Both the position numbers and the translations under genes were made by a program. 32,000 nt of DNA, taken from the NCBI RefSeq assembly GCF_000007985.2, contig NC_002939.5, forward strand, positions 960,001-992,000. Direction: 5' to 3'. This document shows positions 9,170-18,036 of this stretch, one piece after another (the stretch's first letter is position 1; each line of letters starts with the position of its first letter). The notes beneath the pieces were generated by a model that did not search any database, was not told where the DNA came from, and was given only the letters and a program-made list of their open reading frames with translations. The DNA is from Geobacter sulfurreducens PCA. Lineage in GTDB: Bacteria; Desulfobacterota; Desulfuromonadia; Geobacterales; Geobacteraceae.

Positions 9170-10536
9170 GGGACCTCACTGTGCAGGGGCGGCGGGCACG
9201 GGGGGAGGATGACCCGGAAGGTGCTCCCCAGCCCCGGGCCCGGGCTTTCCGCCCGGATGGTGCCGCCATGAAGTTCCACCAGTTTCCGGGTGAGGGGAAG
9301 CCCCAGCCCGGTCCCTTCGTAGCGGCGGGTCGCGGAACCGTCCGCCTGGACAAAGGGGTCGAAGATACGCTCCAGATCCCCGGTAGCCAGGCCGATGCCG
9401 CTGTCCTGTACGGCGATCATGATGCTCCCTTCACGCTCTCCGGCCGGCGAAAGGTCGATTGACAGGGTGACGCTGCCGCCGTCGGGGGTGAATTTCACCG
9501 CGTTCGCCAGCAGGTTGAACACGATCTGCTTCAACTTTCGCTCGTCCGCCGTGATGGTCGGGGGGACGCCGGGCGCCACCTCTTCCGCCAGCCGGATACG
9601 GTGCTGCAGGGCCCGCTCCTTCACCATGACGAGGCTGCCGGAGGCGAGTTTCCGGATGTCCACGTCCGACGGTTCAAGCTCCATCCGCTCGGCCTCGATC
9701 TTGGAGAGGTCGAGGATGTCGTTGATGAGCGACAGGAGGTGGCGGCTGGACTGGAGGACGTAGCCGAGGAATTCCGCCTGGATGTCGGTCACCTCGCCGT
9801 AGGTGCGGGACAGGAGGACGTCGGTGAACCCGATGACGGCATTGAGCGGCGTGCGGAGCTCGTGGCTCATGGTGGCCAGGAACTCGCTCTTGGCTAGGTT
9901 GGCCGATTCTGCCATCTCCCGGGCGGCCTGGAGCTCGCTGGTCCGCTCCCGGACGCGCTCCTCCAGGTGTTGCATGTGGTCCCGCAGCATGGCGTGGAGC
10001 GTGGCGCTCTCCAGGGCGTAGGCGCAGGTGTAGAGCACGATTGAAAGGGCGTTGAGCGACGGCACGTCCATCGTGGCGATCTCCGCCGGCAGCAGGGCCG
10101 CGAACATCCCCTGCACCTCGGAACGGGTGGCGATGACGTGGAGCAGGAGCGTGTATTCCCCATCGGCCGACGGCACGGTAATGGCCTGGTTCCGGTTAAG
10201 GGCCCAGGCAAAGGTGCCATCCATGATCTTGGCATCGATCTCCGTCTGGAGGGCCGCACGGCAGGAGGGGGGATCGCTGGCGGCCAGCTCGAAATCCCCG
10301 TCCTTGCCAACCTCCAGGCATCCCATGCCCCGCAGGGGGATGAGCCGTTTCACCTGGGCCATGGTGGCCCGGAAGATGGCCCGCGAATCCTTGGCGCGGC
10401 TCAGGCCGGCCTGAAAGTCGCCGCTGGAGGCGAGCATGTCCAGAATCGCCACGTAGCGGAGATTGGACTCCTCAAGGTAGCGGATCCGTTCCTCCCGCGG
10501 GTCGGTCGGGGATATGGCGTGGATCGTGCCGGTCAT
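9166..10536 (-). CDS. Cytoplasmic sensor histidine kinase (GAF-like N-terminal domain, HisKA, HATPase_c)
   Basis: H-box [12 protein letters not shown]-box [11 protein letters not shown]1 DSGIGL and G2 GTGLGL. No transmembrane segment is evident. The start is set at the ATG at 10536, which forms an ATGA overlap with the HDOD gene stop. The track ORF extension to 10665 was rejected. Confidence 0.9.
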   Translation of the reverse strand: MTGTIHAISPTDPREERIRYLEESNLRYVAILDMLASSGDFQAGLSRAKDSRAIFRATMAQVKRLIPLRGMGCLEVGKDGDFELAASDPPSCRAALQTEIDAKIMDGTFAWALNRNQAITVPSADGEYTLLLHVIATRSEVQGMFAALLPAEIATMDVPSLNALSIVLYTCAYALESATLHAMLRDHMQHLEERVRERTSELQAAREMAESANLAKSEFLATMSHELRTPLNAVIGFTDVLLSRTYGEVTDIQAEFLGYVLQSSRHLLSLINDILDLSKIEAERMELEPSDVDIRKLASGSLVMVKERALQHRIRLAEEVAPGVPPTITADERKLKQIVFNLLANAVKFTPDGGSVTLSIDLSPAGEREGSIMIAVQDSGIGLATGDLERIFDPFVQADGSATRRYEGTGLGLPLTRKLVELHGGTIRAESPGPGLGSTFRVILPPCPPPLHSEVP

Positions 10537-11402
10537 CCGTTCTCCGTCAGGATGGCAAACGTTTCTTCCAGCTGCTGCTCCGATTGCCTGATGATCGCGC
10601 CGAGCATGCTGACCGGGATGCCGACCCGGTCCCATGCCTCGGTGGCCAGGGGGGGGACGTACCATTCGCCGCTGAAACCGAATTCCATGGCCTGGCAGAT
10701 TATGTCTGCCAGGTGGATGATCGACGTCTCAAGGGGAAACTGCTCCGCCTTTGCCGGAATGTGGTGGCAGGCCACGGGCTCGGCGATGTTCGGCGGGATC
10801 TTCCATTTTTTCAGGATGGCTCCTCCCACCTTGGCGTGGTCGAAGCCGAGCCGGCGACGCTCCGTGGCGAAATGGAGCGACTCGTTGTCACGGCTCTCCT
10901 CCAGCATCTCCCGAACCGTGCCGGGAATGGCGGTACACATGACCAACTGTCCCAGATCGTGCAGCATGCCGGCCACGAAGAACCGCTCCACGTTCACCTC
11001 GCGGCGGCTGGTGGCCAGATTTCGGGCAATGGTCCCGCAGGCGATGCTGTGCTTCCAGAAGGAAGTCATCCCCATCAGGTCTTCCGGAATCCCCTTGAAA
11101 ATGCCCATGACCGAGGCGGCCAGGGCCAGGTCGCGCAGTTGCTGGGTGCCGATGATGGTCAGCGCCCTGGTGATGGAGTCGACTCGGGAGTGGTAGCCGA
11201 ACAGGGGGCTGTTGGCGAGCTTGAGGATGCGCGCCGTGAGACCCTGGTCCTCGGTGATGATCCGGCCGATGTCGGCGATGGAGCTACGGGGATGGTTGAT
11301 GGCCTCGTTGAGGCGCTCGTAGAAGAAGGGGAGGGAGTAGACCGTTACCGTCTCCTCCACGAGCCGCTCAAGTGATATCCGGTCGCGGTCAGGATGCGCC
11401 AT
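10533..11402 (-). CDS. HDOD-domain signalling protein
   Basis: 289 aa with typical HDOD blocks: [38 protein letters not shown] and HHIP. SD GAGAAAGG. Confidence 0.85.
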   Translation of the reverse strand: MAHPDRDRISLERLVEETVTVYSLPFFYERLNEAINHPRSSIADIGRIITEDQGLTARILKLANSPLFGYHSRVDSITRALTIIGTQQLRDLALAASVMGIFKGIPEDLMGMTSFWKHSIACGTIARNLATSRREVNVERFFVAGMLHDLGQLVMCTAIPGTVREMLEESRDNESLHFATERRRLGFDHAKVGGAILKKWKIPPNIAEPVACHHIPAKAEQFPLETSIIHLADIICQAMEFGFSGEWYVPPLATEAWDRVGIPVSMLGAIIRQSEQQLEETFAILTENG

Positions 11403-11721
11403 GCATGGCCTTTCTCACCGCCCCGAGGCGCATGATCTCACGCATGGCCGGATGTTTCAGGTCCGTGTGGAGGAAGAGGGGGCGCAGGGCTTCTTCAGCG
11501 GTGGCCAGTTCGGCCGGGCTGATCTCCTGGGGGAGGTGGCTGCCGGGATCGTCGTCCATACCGGCGATGTCGGCTTCTGCGACCCCCCAGGTGCGGAAGA
11601 TGTGGAGATGCTTGGCGGTCAGTTCCGCGCCGGCCCCCAGCAGGAGCCGGCCCGTTCGGTCGATGACGTCCGCGGCCAGGGTCATGCCGACGTCGAGATT
11701 ATCGATGGGGACCATCCCCAT
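11389..11721 (-). CDS. Small acidic hypothetical protein, first gene of the signalling operon
   Basis: 110-aa ORF with a good SD (GGAGG, 6 nt upstream). Its 3' end overlaps the HDOD gene start by 14 nt. GC-rich third codon positions support coding. Confidence 0.6.
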   Translation of the reverse strand: MGMVPIDNLDVGMTLAADVIDRTGRLLLGAGAELTAKHLHIFRTWGVAEADIAGMDDDPGSHLPQEISPAELATAEEALRPLFLHTDLKHPAMREIMRLGAVRKAMHGAS

Positions 11722-11800
11722 GAAGGCCTCCGGAAGGTAGACATTGGGAACATATTCGTAACGTTAGGTACGGACATGTTCCACGTCGCTCACTGGTATC

Positions 11801-11827
11801 TCATCGGCCGGATGGACCTAAACTTTA
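11801..11827 (-). promoter_or_regulatory. Sigma-28 (FliA)-type promoter
   Basis: Minus strand reads TAAAGTTT-AGGTCCATCCG-GCCGATGA. The enterobacterial consensus is TAAAGTTT-N11-GCCGATAA, so this is 8/8 at -35, the exact 11-nt spacer and 7/8 at -10. It lies about 80 nt upstream of the 110-aa ORF. Confidence 0.6.
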
Positions 11828-11994
11828 GGTGGGATTGCCCGGGGGGTGGGCCTGAGGAACGGCTGGAGCGCCCGATGCTCGGGGCGTCGGCGGAAGGCCT
11901 GCTTCGTTCAGGCCGAAAATGAGAAAGGCCCGCGTGAACGAGCCCTTCGATGGTGCCGTGCTGTGCCGCCCGGAAGGCGGCTGCCGGGCGGACG

Positions 11995-12195
11995 TTAGAT
12001 CTTGCAGACGTTGGCGGCCTGGAGCCCCTTGGGACCGTTGACCACGTCAAAGGTCACTTCCTCGCCTTCTGCCAGCGACTTGAACCCGGAACCCGTGATC
12101 GCGGAGAAATGGACAAACACGTCGACACCGTTCTCCTGCTCGAGGAAACCAAAGCCCTTGCTGTCGTTAAACCACTTTACCCTGCCTTTTGCCAT
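11995..12195 (-). CDS. cspA: Cold-shock protein, CspA family
   Basis: 66 aa: [33 protein letters not shown]..., with RNP1 (KGFGF) and RNP2 (VFVHF). SD GGAGA. The track's 190-aa ORF is an artefactual 5' extension. Confidence 0.95.
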   Translation of the reverse strand: MAKGRVKWFNDSKGFGFLEQENGVDVFVHFSAITGSGFKSLAEGEEVTFDVVNGPKGLQAANVCKI

Positions 12196-12284
12196 GGTGT
12201 TCATTCTCCTGCTTTCGCGTGATATGTCCGGGGGGGGTCCCGGCTTCAAGCCGCTGCGCGGCCTGTTTCCCATCCTGTCCGGCG

Positions 12285-12485
12285 TCAGTCCCTGTCGGGC
12301 TTTCTGAACCGCTGGGCCTTTCTTCTCTTGCGCTCGGCCTCCATCTGCTTGCGCTTCTTCTTGACCGAGGGCTTTTCGTAATGCTTGCGTTTTTTGATCT
12401 CTTTGAAGAACCCTTCGGTCTGGAGCTTGCGCTTCAGCAGCCGGAGGGCCTTGTCCACATCGTTTCCCTGAACGCTTACCTGCAC
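12285..12485 (-). CDS. rpsU: 30S ribosomal protein S21
   Basis: 66 aa starting at a GTG preceded by GGAAGGAGAG. The S21-like sequence reads ...[37 protein letters not shown].... Confidence 0.9.
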   Translation of the reverse strand: MQVSVQGNDVDKALRLLKRKLQTEGFFKEIKKRKHYEKPSVKKKRKQMEAERKRRKAQRFRKPDRD

Positions 12486-12575
12486 GTGATCTCTCCTTCC
12501 TCGGTCGGTAGACGTTGGGTCGTCCGTGGCTAGTTGCCGCTGCCCTCCCGAAAATAAAAATGGCCAAGGGATTCC

Positions 12576-12604
12576 TTTAAAGCACCTCGGCCGGCACATT
12601 CCAA
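12576..12604 (-). promoter_or_regulatory. Candidate sigma-70 promoter for rpsU
   Basis: Minus strand reads TTGGAA, a 17-nt spacer, then TTTAAA, in an AT-rich spacer upstream of rpsU. Confidence 0.35.
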
Positions 12605-12674
12605 AAGTGCTGACACATTAGCACAAAGCGGGGACATGTGTATGTAAAATTCGTTATTGCTCGGCAATTATTCA

Positions 12675-13346
12675 TCACACGTCGAGAAAAGAGCAGGAAT
12701 AATCGGTCAGGTCGACGACAAGGACCCGGTCCGCAAGTCCCGGCCCGCCCCGGATGGCTCGCGTGAGTTCATGGGCCATGTATCCGGCGATGACAGCGGG
12801 CCCGGCGGGGGTGACCGGGATGGGGCCCGCCGGCTGCCTGCTGCCGGCAAAGATCTCGTCGATGGGACGTGACACCCCCTTGACCAGGGTGAGCACCTGC
12901 CCGTGATCTCCCTGGATGGCCCCGTGAATAAGGATCGTGCCGTCCGCAAGTGAGTTGAAGAGGGCAAAACGACCGGAAAAGCTGTCGAGGCAGTCGGCAA
13001 CGCAGTTGATGCCGGCCGGTGGGGTGAAGGCTCCGTCGATACGTACGTCAAGGGGAATTGCCTGGACGGCGCCGTTGATGGCCATTATTTTCCGGGCTGC
13101 CGCCGTTACCTTTTTCTGCCCCACATCCCCTTCGTCGTAGAGGAGCTGGCGGTTCAGGTCGGGCCAATCCACGACGCCGTGGTCAGCCAGGTAGAGCATT
13201 CCCACGCCGGCTCGTGCCATGAGCTGAGCCACGGTGGCGCCGAGCCCCCCGACCCCGGCGATCAAAATGGCCGACCGTTCCAGCATCCGCTGGTTCTCTT
13301 CGCCCCAGACGAGTACCTGCCGGCTGTAGCGCTCTCCCCCGGTCAC
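12675..13346 (-). CDS. ThiF/MoeB/HesA-family E1-like adenylyltransferase (AorE-like)
   Basis: 223 aa with RYSRQ and the nucleotide-binding GVGGLGATVAQLMARAGVG. GTG start 3 nt after the MoaD-like stop. Confidence 0.85.
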   Translation of the reverse strand: MTGGERYSRQVLVWGEENQRMLERSAILIAGVGGLGATVAQLMARAGVGMLYLADHGVVDWPDLNRQLLYDEGDVGQKKVTAAARKIMAINGAVQAIPLDVRIDGAFTPPAGINCVADCLDSFSGRFALFNSLADGTILIHGAIQGDHGQVLTLVKGVSRPIDEIFAGSRQPAGPIPVTPAGPAVIAGYMAHELTRAIRGGPGLADRVLVVDLTDYSCSFLDV

Positions 13347-13349
13347 GGC

Positions 13350-13637
13350 TCAGCCCCCCGCGCCCGGCGGGAACAGGGCCACCGTGTCACCGTCGCGGAT
13401 GGGGGTTTCCAGCCCCTCCAGGTGGTGAATGTTGCGGCGGTTCACCAGGATGATGGTGCCCGTGTGGAGGACCCCGTCGCCGTCCAGCAGCTTGCGGGAA
13501 AGGGGGCTCCCCACCGCTTGCTCCGCCCTTTGGACCAGGCTTCGGACCGTCTCCCCCGCCTCCCAGGGGAGTTCCACGACTTCGCGCCCGAGCATCAGGC
13601 GCAGGAGACTGTAGAACCGGACGCTGACCATGGGCAT
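13350..13637 (-). CDS. MoaD/ThiS-family sulfur-carrier (ubiquitin-like) protein (AorD-like)
   Basis: 95 aa ending in ...FPPGAGG, the C-terminal Gly-Gly expected of this family. Its ATG overlaps the upstream stop (TGATG). Confidence 0.8.
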   Translation of the reverse strand: MPMVSVRFYSLLRLMLGREVVELPWEAGETVRSLVQRAEQAVGSPLSRKLLDGDGVLHTGTIILVNRRNIHHLEGLETPIRDGDTVALFPPGAGG

Positions 13638-14860
13638 CAGGCAAGCCGGGCCAGGGCCGCGGCCTGGGTGCCGGTTCCCCGCAGGAAGGTGGGGCCGGGG
13701 AAGAGGGCGCGGGTTCTGACCAGTTGATAGTAGAGGCCGGCGTCGTTGGTCTCGCCGATCATGGTGGCGCCGATGACGCGGTCGCGCCCGTCCAGAAAGA
13801 CCTTGCGGAACCGGCCGGTGAACGGGTCGCGAGCCGTGGCGGTTCGGGGGGCGTCGTCGCGGCAGTAGCCCACCACGGCCACATCCACGCCGAAGACCTC
13901 GGTGGTGTTGTTCTTGAGGCTCCCCTCGTAGGCACAGTCGAAGCCGAGCATATTCAGGGCCGCGATCTCCCCCTGCTCCACCGCGGTCAGCCAGTTGCCC
14001 TGGATGGTCGGCTCTCCGGTGACGAAGTCCTTTCCCTCGGCCACGTCACCGGCAGCGAAAATCTGGGGGTGGCTGGTGCGGCAGCGCTCGTCCGTCACGA
14101 TGCCCTCCCGCACTTCCAACCCCGCCCGGAGGGCCAGGTCAGTGTTGGGAACCACCCCCTTGCCTACCAGCAGCATGTCGGTGACGATCCGTTTGCCCGT
14201 GGCCAGGGAGAGCTCCAGCCGGTCAGTGCCGGACAGGTTCACGATGTCGTCCCGTTTGTGAAGGACAAGGCCGTCTGCCAGGAAGCGCTCCTCCAGGATG
14301 GCGGATGCCTCAGGGTCCACCACCCGGCTGAAGACCCGATCCGAGCCGATCACCAGGTGCCGCTCCACCTCCGGTCCCGCATGGGAGAGCAGCGGGATGC
14401 TCACAAGTCCCGCGCCCACGGCGGTGACGCTTCGGGCCCCCTTCAGGAGCCGCTCCAACCGGTCGGCGTCGGCCAGGTGCCGCAGGGTGCAGACCCCCTC
14501 GGCGGTCACCTCCAGTCCCCGGGCTTCGGCCCCGGCGGCAATGAGGAGTTGCCCGAACCCCACCGCCGTGCCGTCGGCCAGGAGGAGACGGTGCCGTTCC
14601 GCATCCAGTTCCACTGCAGCATGGCCAAGGAGGGTGGCGATACCGTAGTGGTCGTAGAAATCGCTTCCCACGATGAAAAGGTTTCCCCGAAGGGTCTTGC
14701 CGCCAACATAGTAGGGGGTCAGGACCCTTGAGTAGGCCGGACAGTTCTCCCGGTCGACCATGGCTACGGATACGCTGCGGGAATGCCTGCGGATGGTGCG
14801 CAGGGCCTGCATTCCCGCCGCGCTGTTGCCGATGATGACGATGTCGAAGTGCCGTTCCAC
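13637..14860 (-). CDS. FAD/NAD(P)-dependent pyridine nucleotide-disulfide-family oxidoreductase (AorC-like)
   Basis: 407 aa. The N-terminal dinucleotide fold is DIVIIGNSAAG, a second one is VTAVGAGLVS, and the FAAGD motif is present. GTG start 1 nt after the AOR stop. Confidence 0.85.
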   Translation of the reverse strand: MERHFDIVIIGNSAAGMQALRTIRRHSRSVSVAMVDRENCPAYSRVLTPYYVGGKTLRGNLFIVGSDFYDHYGIATLLGHAAVELDAERHRLLLADGTAVGFGQLLIAAGAEARGLEVTAEGVCTLRHLADADRLERLLKGARSVTAVGAGLVSIPLLSHAGPEVERHLVIGSDRVFSRVVDPEASAILEERFLADGLVLHKRDDIVNLSGTDRLELSLATGKRIVTDMLLVGKGVVPNTDLALRAGLEVREGIVTDERCRTSHPQIFAAGDVAEGKDFVTGEPTIQGNWLTAVEQGEIAALNMLGFDCAYEGSLKNNTTEVFGVDVAVVGYCRDDAPRTATARDPFTGRFRKVFLDGRDRVIGATMIGETNDAGLYYQLVRTRALFPGPTFLRGTGTQAAALARLA

Positions 14861-14861
14861 G

Positions 14862-16667
14862 TCAGGCGAGTCCCAGTGACTTCAACTTCTCATCCGTGGG
14901 AATGCCCTGTTCGTCCCAGCCCCGGGCCCGGTAGTAGTCGGGGAGCATCTCGGCGAGCCGCGCCACCGATCCCTGCATGGGGCCGTCCGGCAGGGGCTCC
15001 GACAGGAGCCGGGGCGGGAGGGTGTCCTGGGTGGGATCGATCCCCGCTTTCAGGTTGAACTGCCGCTCCAGGTTCCAGATCCGGTCGCCGGCCTCCAGTA
15101 GTTGCTCCAGCGAGTACCCCAGCCCCGTGGCCGCGTTGAGAAAGGCGGATACTTGAGGCGCGCCGATGGCAAAGGTGGTGAAGAGGCAGATGCCCGCCGA
15201 GTCCACCACGGCCGTGAAGTCCTGGAATGCCTTGGTCCAGCCCGCCTTACCCTCGGTAACGGCCGGGTCCAGTTTTTCCGGTACGCCGAGGATTTCGGGG
15301 GATACCATGTAGCCCCGCACGTGACAGGCGCCCCGGTTGCTGGTGGCGTATTCCAGGGCCATCCCCTGGATGCCCCGGGGGTCGTAGGCCGGGAACTCCT
15401 GTTTCTTTACCGTCATGGAAAGCTCGGGCGCTCCGTAGCTCTCGGCCAGCCGCCAGGAGCCGAGGCCCAGCTTTGCGCCGAACCCCTCGGCCGTGCCCAT
15501 GAGCTGGAACATCCGCACCAGGGCGTCGCCGTCACCGAAGCGCAGCGGCATTCCCGCCTCACCTTCGGTCAGGAGCCCCCGCTCGAAGAGCTCCATGGCA
15601 CAGGCCACGGTGCCGCCGGCGGTGATGGTGTCCATGCCGTACTCGTTGCAGAGGTAGTTGGCCTTGGTGATTGCCGCAAGGTCCGAAACCCCGCAGGCGG
15701 CCCCCAGGGCCCAGAGGGTTTCGTACTCGGGGCCTTCGCCGCTCTCGGTCCAGCGGGGGTCGGCCAGGCGGGTTACCCGGCCGCAGGCGATGACGCAGCC
15801 GAAGCACCCTTTGTTCCGCCGGAGCCAGGTCTGGGCCAGGCGCTCACCCGAGATATCCTCAGCCCCTTCAAAGGTGCCGGACTGGAAATTGCGGGTGGGG
15901 AGAGCGCCGCTCTGGTTTATGACGTTCACGAGCACCGCCGTTCCCAGGGCCGGTAGCCCTTCGGCCGTCACCGGGTGACCCTTGAGGAGCCGGTACGACT
16001 CGCGGGCCGCCTCCCGGTAGGCGGCCGGGTCGGCCATGGTCACGCCGCCGGTGCCGCGCACGGCCACCGCCTTGAGGTTCTTGCTCCCCATGACCGCGCC
16101 CACTCCGCTGCGGCCGGCGGCCCGGTGCTTGTCGTTCACGATGCAGGCGAACCGGACCATCTTCTCCCCGGCCGGGCCGATGGCCGCCACCTTGGCATCG
16201 CCGTGGAACTCGCGCCGGATCATGTCCTCGGTCTCGTAGGTGGTCTTCCCCCAGAGGTGGGAGGCGTCGGCCAGTTCGGCCTTCTGGTTGTAGATTTTCA
16301 GGTAGACCGGTTTTTCAGCCTTCCCCTCCACGATGATCAGGTCGAAGCCGGCGAAGCGAAGTTCCGCCGGGAAGTAGCCGCCCGAGTTGGAACTGGCGAT
16401 GGTACCCGTGAGGGGCGACTTGGTTACCACCACGTAGCGGCCGTTGGCGGCCCCGTAAGTGCCGGTGAGCGGACCGGTTGCCAGGATCAGCTTGTTGCGG
16501 GGGGAGAGGGGGTCCACGTCGGGGGCCACCTCCTCGACCAGGTAGCGGGAGCCCAGTCCGCGGCCGCCGATGAATTCCCGTGCCCACGTCCCGTTCAGTT
16601 CCTCGATGCTGCAACGCCGCGCCGCCAGGTCTACCCGCAGGACTCTGCCGTGCCATCCGCTTCCCAT
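14862..16667 (-). CDS. aor: Tungsten-type aldehyde:ferredoxin oxidoreductase (AOR family, AorB-like)
   Basis: 601 aa, AOR-like along its full length. It carries the [4Fe-4S] ligand motif CFGCVIAC (CxxCxxxC) plus a distal Cys. Confidence 0.95.
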   Translation of the reverse strand: MGSGWHGRVLRVDLAARRCSIEELNGTWAREFIGGRGLGSRYLVEEVAPDVDPLSPRNKLILATGPLTGTYGAANGRYVVVTKSPLTGTIASSNSGGYFPAELRFAGFDLIIVEGKAEKPVYLKIYNQKAELADASHLWGKTTYETEDMIRREFHGDAKVAAIGPAGEKMVRFACIVNDKHRAAGRSGVGAVMGSKNLKAVAVRGTGGVTMADPAAYREAARESYRLLKGHPVTAEGLPALGTAVLVNVINQSGALPTRNFQSGTFEGAEDISGERLAQTWLRRNKGCFGCVIACGRVTRLADPRWTESGEGPEYETLWALGAACGVSDLAAITKANYLCNEYGMDTITAGGTVACAMELFERGLLTEGEAGMPLRFGDGDALVRMFQLMGTAEGFGAKLGLGSWRLAESYGAPELSMTVKKQEFPAYDPRGIQGMALEYATSNRGACHVRGYMVSPEILGVPEKLDPAVTEGKAGWTKAFQDFTAVVDSAGICLFTTFAIGAPQVSAFLNAATGLGYSLEQLLEAGDRIWNLERQFNLKAGIDPTQDTLPPRLLSEPLPDGPMQGSVARLAEMLPDYYRARGWDEQGIPTDEKLKSLGLA

Positions 16668-16668
16668 G

Positions 16669-17148
16669 TCACACCTCCATCTGGCCGTCTTTGACGGTCT
16701 GGACGAATTTGAGCACCTTTGCCCGCAGCGGCGCGTCTTCCTCGGCGAATGTCAGGCAGTGGGTGGGGCAGAAGATGACGCATTCGGGTACATCGGGAGC
16801 GCAGAGCGTGCACTTGTCGGCCTTCCTGGTCTCGGGAAGGTACTTGATCATGCCGAAGGGACAGGCGCTGACGCAGGTGCGGCAGCCCACGCACTTCAGC
16901 TCGTCCACTGCCACCACGCCGCTGGCCGCATCTTTGGCGATGGCCCCCTTGGGGCATGCCTTGAGGCACCAGGGATCGTCGCACTGCATGCAGGTGACGG
17001 TGATGAACTTGGCCTCCTCCAGGAAAACCTCATTGACGATGCGGGCCTTGCTGGGCGCGAACTCCCCGCGGTGCCTGAACGAACAGGCCAGCTCGCACGA
17101 CTTGCAGCCGACGCATTTGGCCGGCTCGACGCGGATCAGCTTCTGCAT
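16669..17148 (-). CDS. Poly-[4Fe-4S] ferredoxin-like electron-transfer subunit (AorA-like)
   Basis: 159 aa with several CxxCxxCxxxC(P) motifs: [25 protein letters not shown] and [22 protein letters not shown]. Its stop lies 1 nt before the AOR start. Confidence 0.9.
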   Translation of the reverse strand: MQKLIRVEPAKCVGCKSCELACSFRHRGEFAPSKARIVNEVFLEEAKFITVTCMQCDDPWCLKACPKGAIAKDAASGVVAVDELKCVGCRTCVSACPFGMIKYLPETRKADKCTLCAPDVPECVIFCPTHCLTFAEEDAPLRAKVLKFVQTVKDGQMEV

Positions 17149-17212
17149 GGTGACCCTCCTTTAGGGGGATGCCGGGGAGTCGCGGTAACTGGAAACTCCC
17201 ACTCGGTTTGCG

Positions 17213-17938
17213 TCATTGGAGCGGTGTGTCCAGGGTTTCCTCCCCATAGCCGTCGCCCGTGAAATAGGCTTTCATGAAGTCGCGGTGACGTGCCGCCACC
17301 ACCGGGGAGATGCCCACCGTCGCGGCTGCCTGGTCGAGCAGTTGCTCCTCGCCAGCCGACGGGTTCTTCTGCCGTGCCGCCTCCAGGGCCATGGTGACGG
17401 CCAACCCGGCCCCGAAGGTCTCCTTGTCGGGGCGGTAGAGCCGGGGGCGGTCGATCCGGCGTCCGGTACCGTCAGTGGTGCCGATGAGTGCGTTGTGTCG
17501 CTCGATCTGTTCCTGGGAGGGGATCCCGTAGCGGATGACGGTCCGGCCCTCACGGTACGTTGCCCTGGCCAGGGTGCACTGGGTGCACTCCACGGCGGGC
17601 TTGAGCTCAAGGGTTATCATCTTCGCTGCCGGGGTCTTTTTCTTCACGGCCGTGAGCATTGCCAGCACCGCCGGCTTGATCCGCTCCCGGTCGGTATCGA
17701 ACCGGATGATGCCGATCCCGTTCAGGGTGGCCCCATCCCCGGAGATGCGGACGTTGCGGATTTCGAAGTGAAGGTCCTCCTGCACCGTCCCGGTGGCGTA
17801 GGGGGGCGATTTCGGGTCGCCCGCCGGCAGGGATGGCCCGGCCGGGGCCGGCTCCAGCCAGATGCCGATGCGCCAGGCCAGGAACAGCGACAGGAACAGG
17901 GATATGATGCCGACGACGATGCGCGTTGACTGATTCAT
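17213..17938 (-). CDS. Membrane-anchored hypothetical protein
   Basis: The start is set at the ATG at 17938 (MNQSTRIVVGIISLFLSLFLAW...), preceded by GGAGAACC. It has one N-terminal TM helix followed by a soluble domain of about 200 aa. I recognise no family. Confidence 0.6.
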   Translation of the reverse strand: MNQSTRIVVGIISLFLSLFLAWRIGIWLEPAPAGPSLPAGDPKSPPYATGTVQEDLHFEIRNVRISGDGATLNGIGIIRFDTDRERIKPAVLAMLTAVKKKTPAAKMITLELKPAVECTQCTLARATYREGRTVIRYGIPSQEQIERHNALIGTTDGTGRRIDRPRLYRPDKETFGAGLAVTMALEAARQKNPSAGEEQLLDQAAATVGISPVVAARHRDFMKAYFTGDGYGEETLDTPLQ

Positions 17939-18036
17939 GGTTCTCCGGGCGAGGGGTCGGGTCCGCTCGTTCGTGATAATTGTCAATGGTACCGGGGATT
18001 GTCGCCAATGCAAATGGCCCGGGTGCCAGTGGAGGA

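Noticed and set aside
10537-10665. 5' extension of the histidine kinase ORF.
   Set aside because: It overlaps the 3' end of the HDOD gene. The internal ATG at 10536 gives the classic ATGA stop/start overlap.
11816-11830. Perfect 15-bp palindrome ACCTAAA-C-TTTAGGT, initially taken for a regulator operator.
   Set aside because: It is largely explained as the TAAAGTTT -35 element of the sigma-28-type promoter. An additional operator role cannot be excluded but is not required.
12196-12599. Long ORFs 11995..12567 and 12285..12599, which extend the csp and rpsU genes upstream.
   Set aside because: Only the C-terminal 66 aa of each matches CspA or S21. The internal starts have strong SDs (GGAGA and GGAAGGAGAG), and the extensions are low-complexity.
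12603-12668. Two weak 5-bp hairpins after the ThiF-like gene stop (ATTGC-CGA-GCAAT, and GTGCT...AGCAC followed by UUUU) as a possible aor-operon terminator.
   Set aside because: The stems are short and AT-containing, and the second overlaps the putative rpsU -35. Termination here is plausible but not supportable from sequence alone.
17974-17985. Near-palindrome TGATAATTGTCA, which resembles half of a Fur box. It also overlaps a TTGACA on the minus strand.
   Set aside because: Only one GATAAT hexamer matches and the second half diverges from the Fur consensus. No -10 element lies at the proper distance from the TTGACA.
18009-18028. Sigma-54-like element on the minus strand (TGGCAC...TTGCA) upstream of the membrane-anchored protein/aor genes.
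   Set aside because: The GG and GC dinucleotides are 4 nt further apart than the strict -24/-12 spacing allows.
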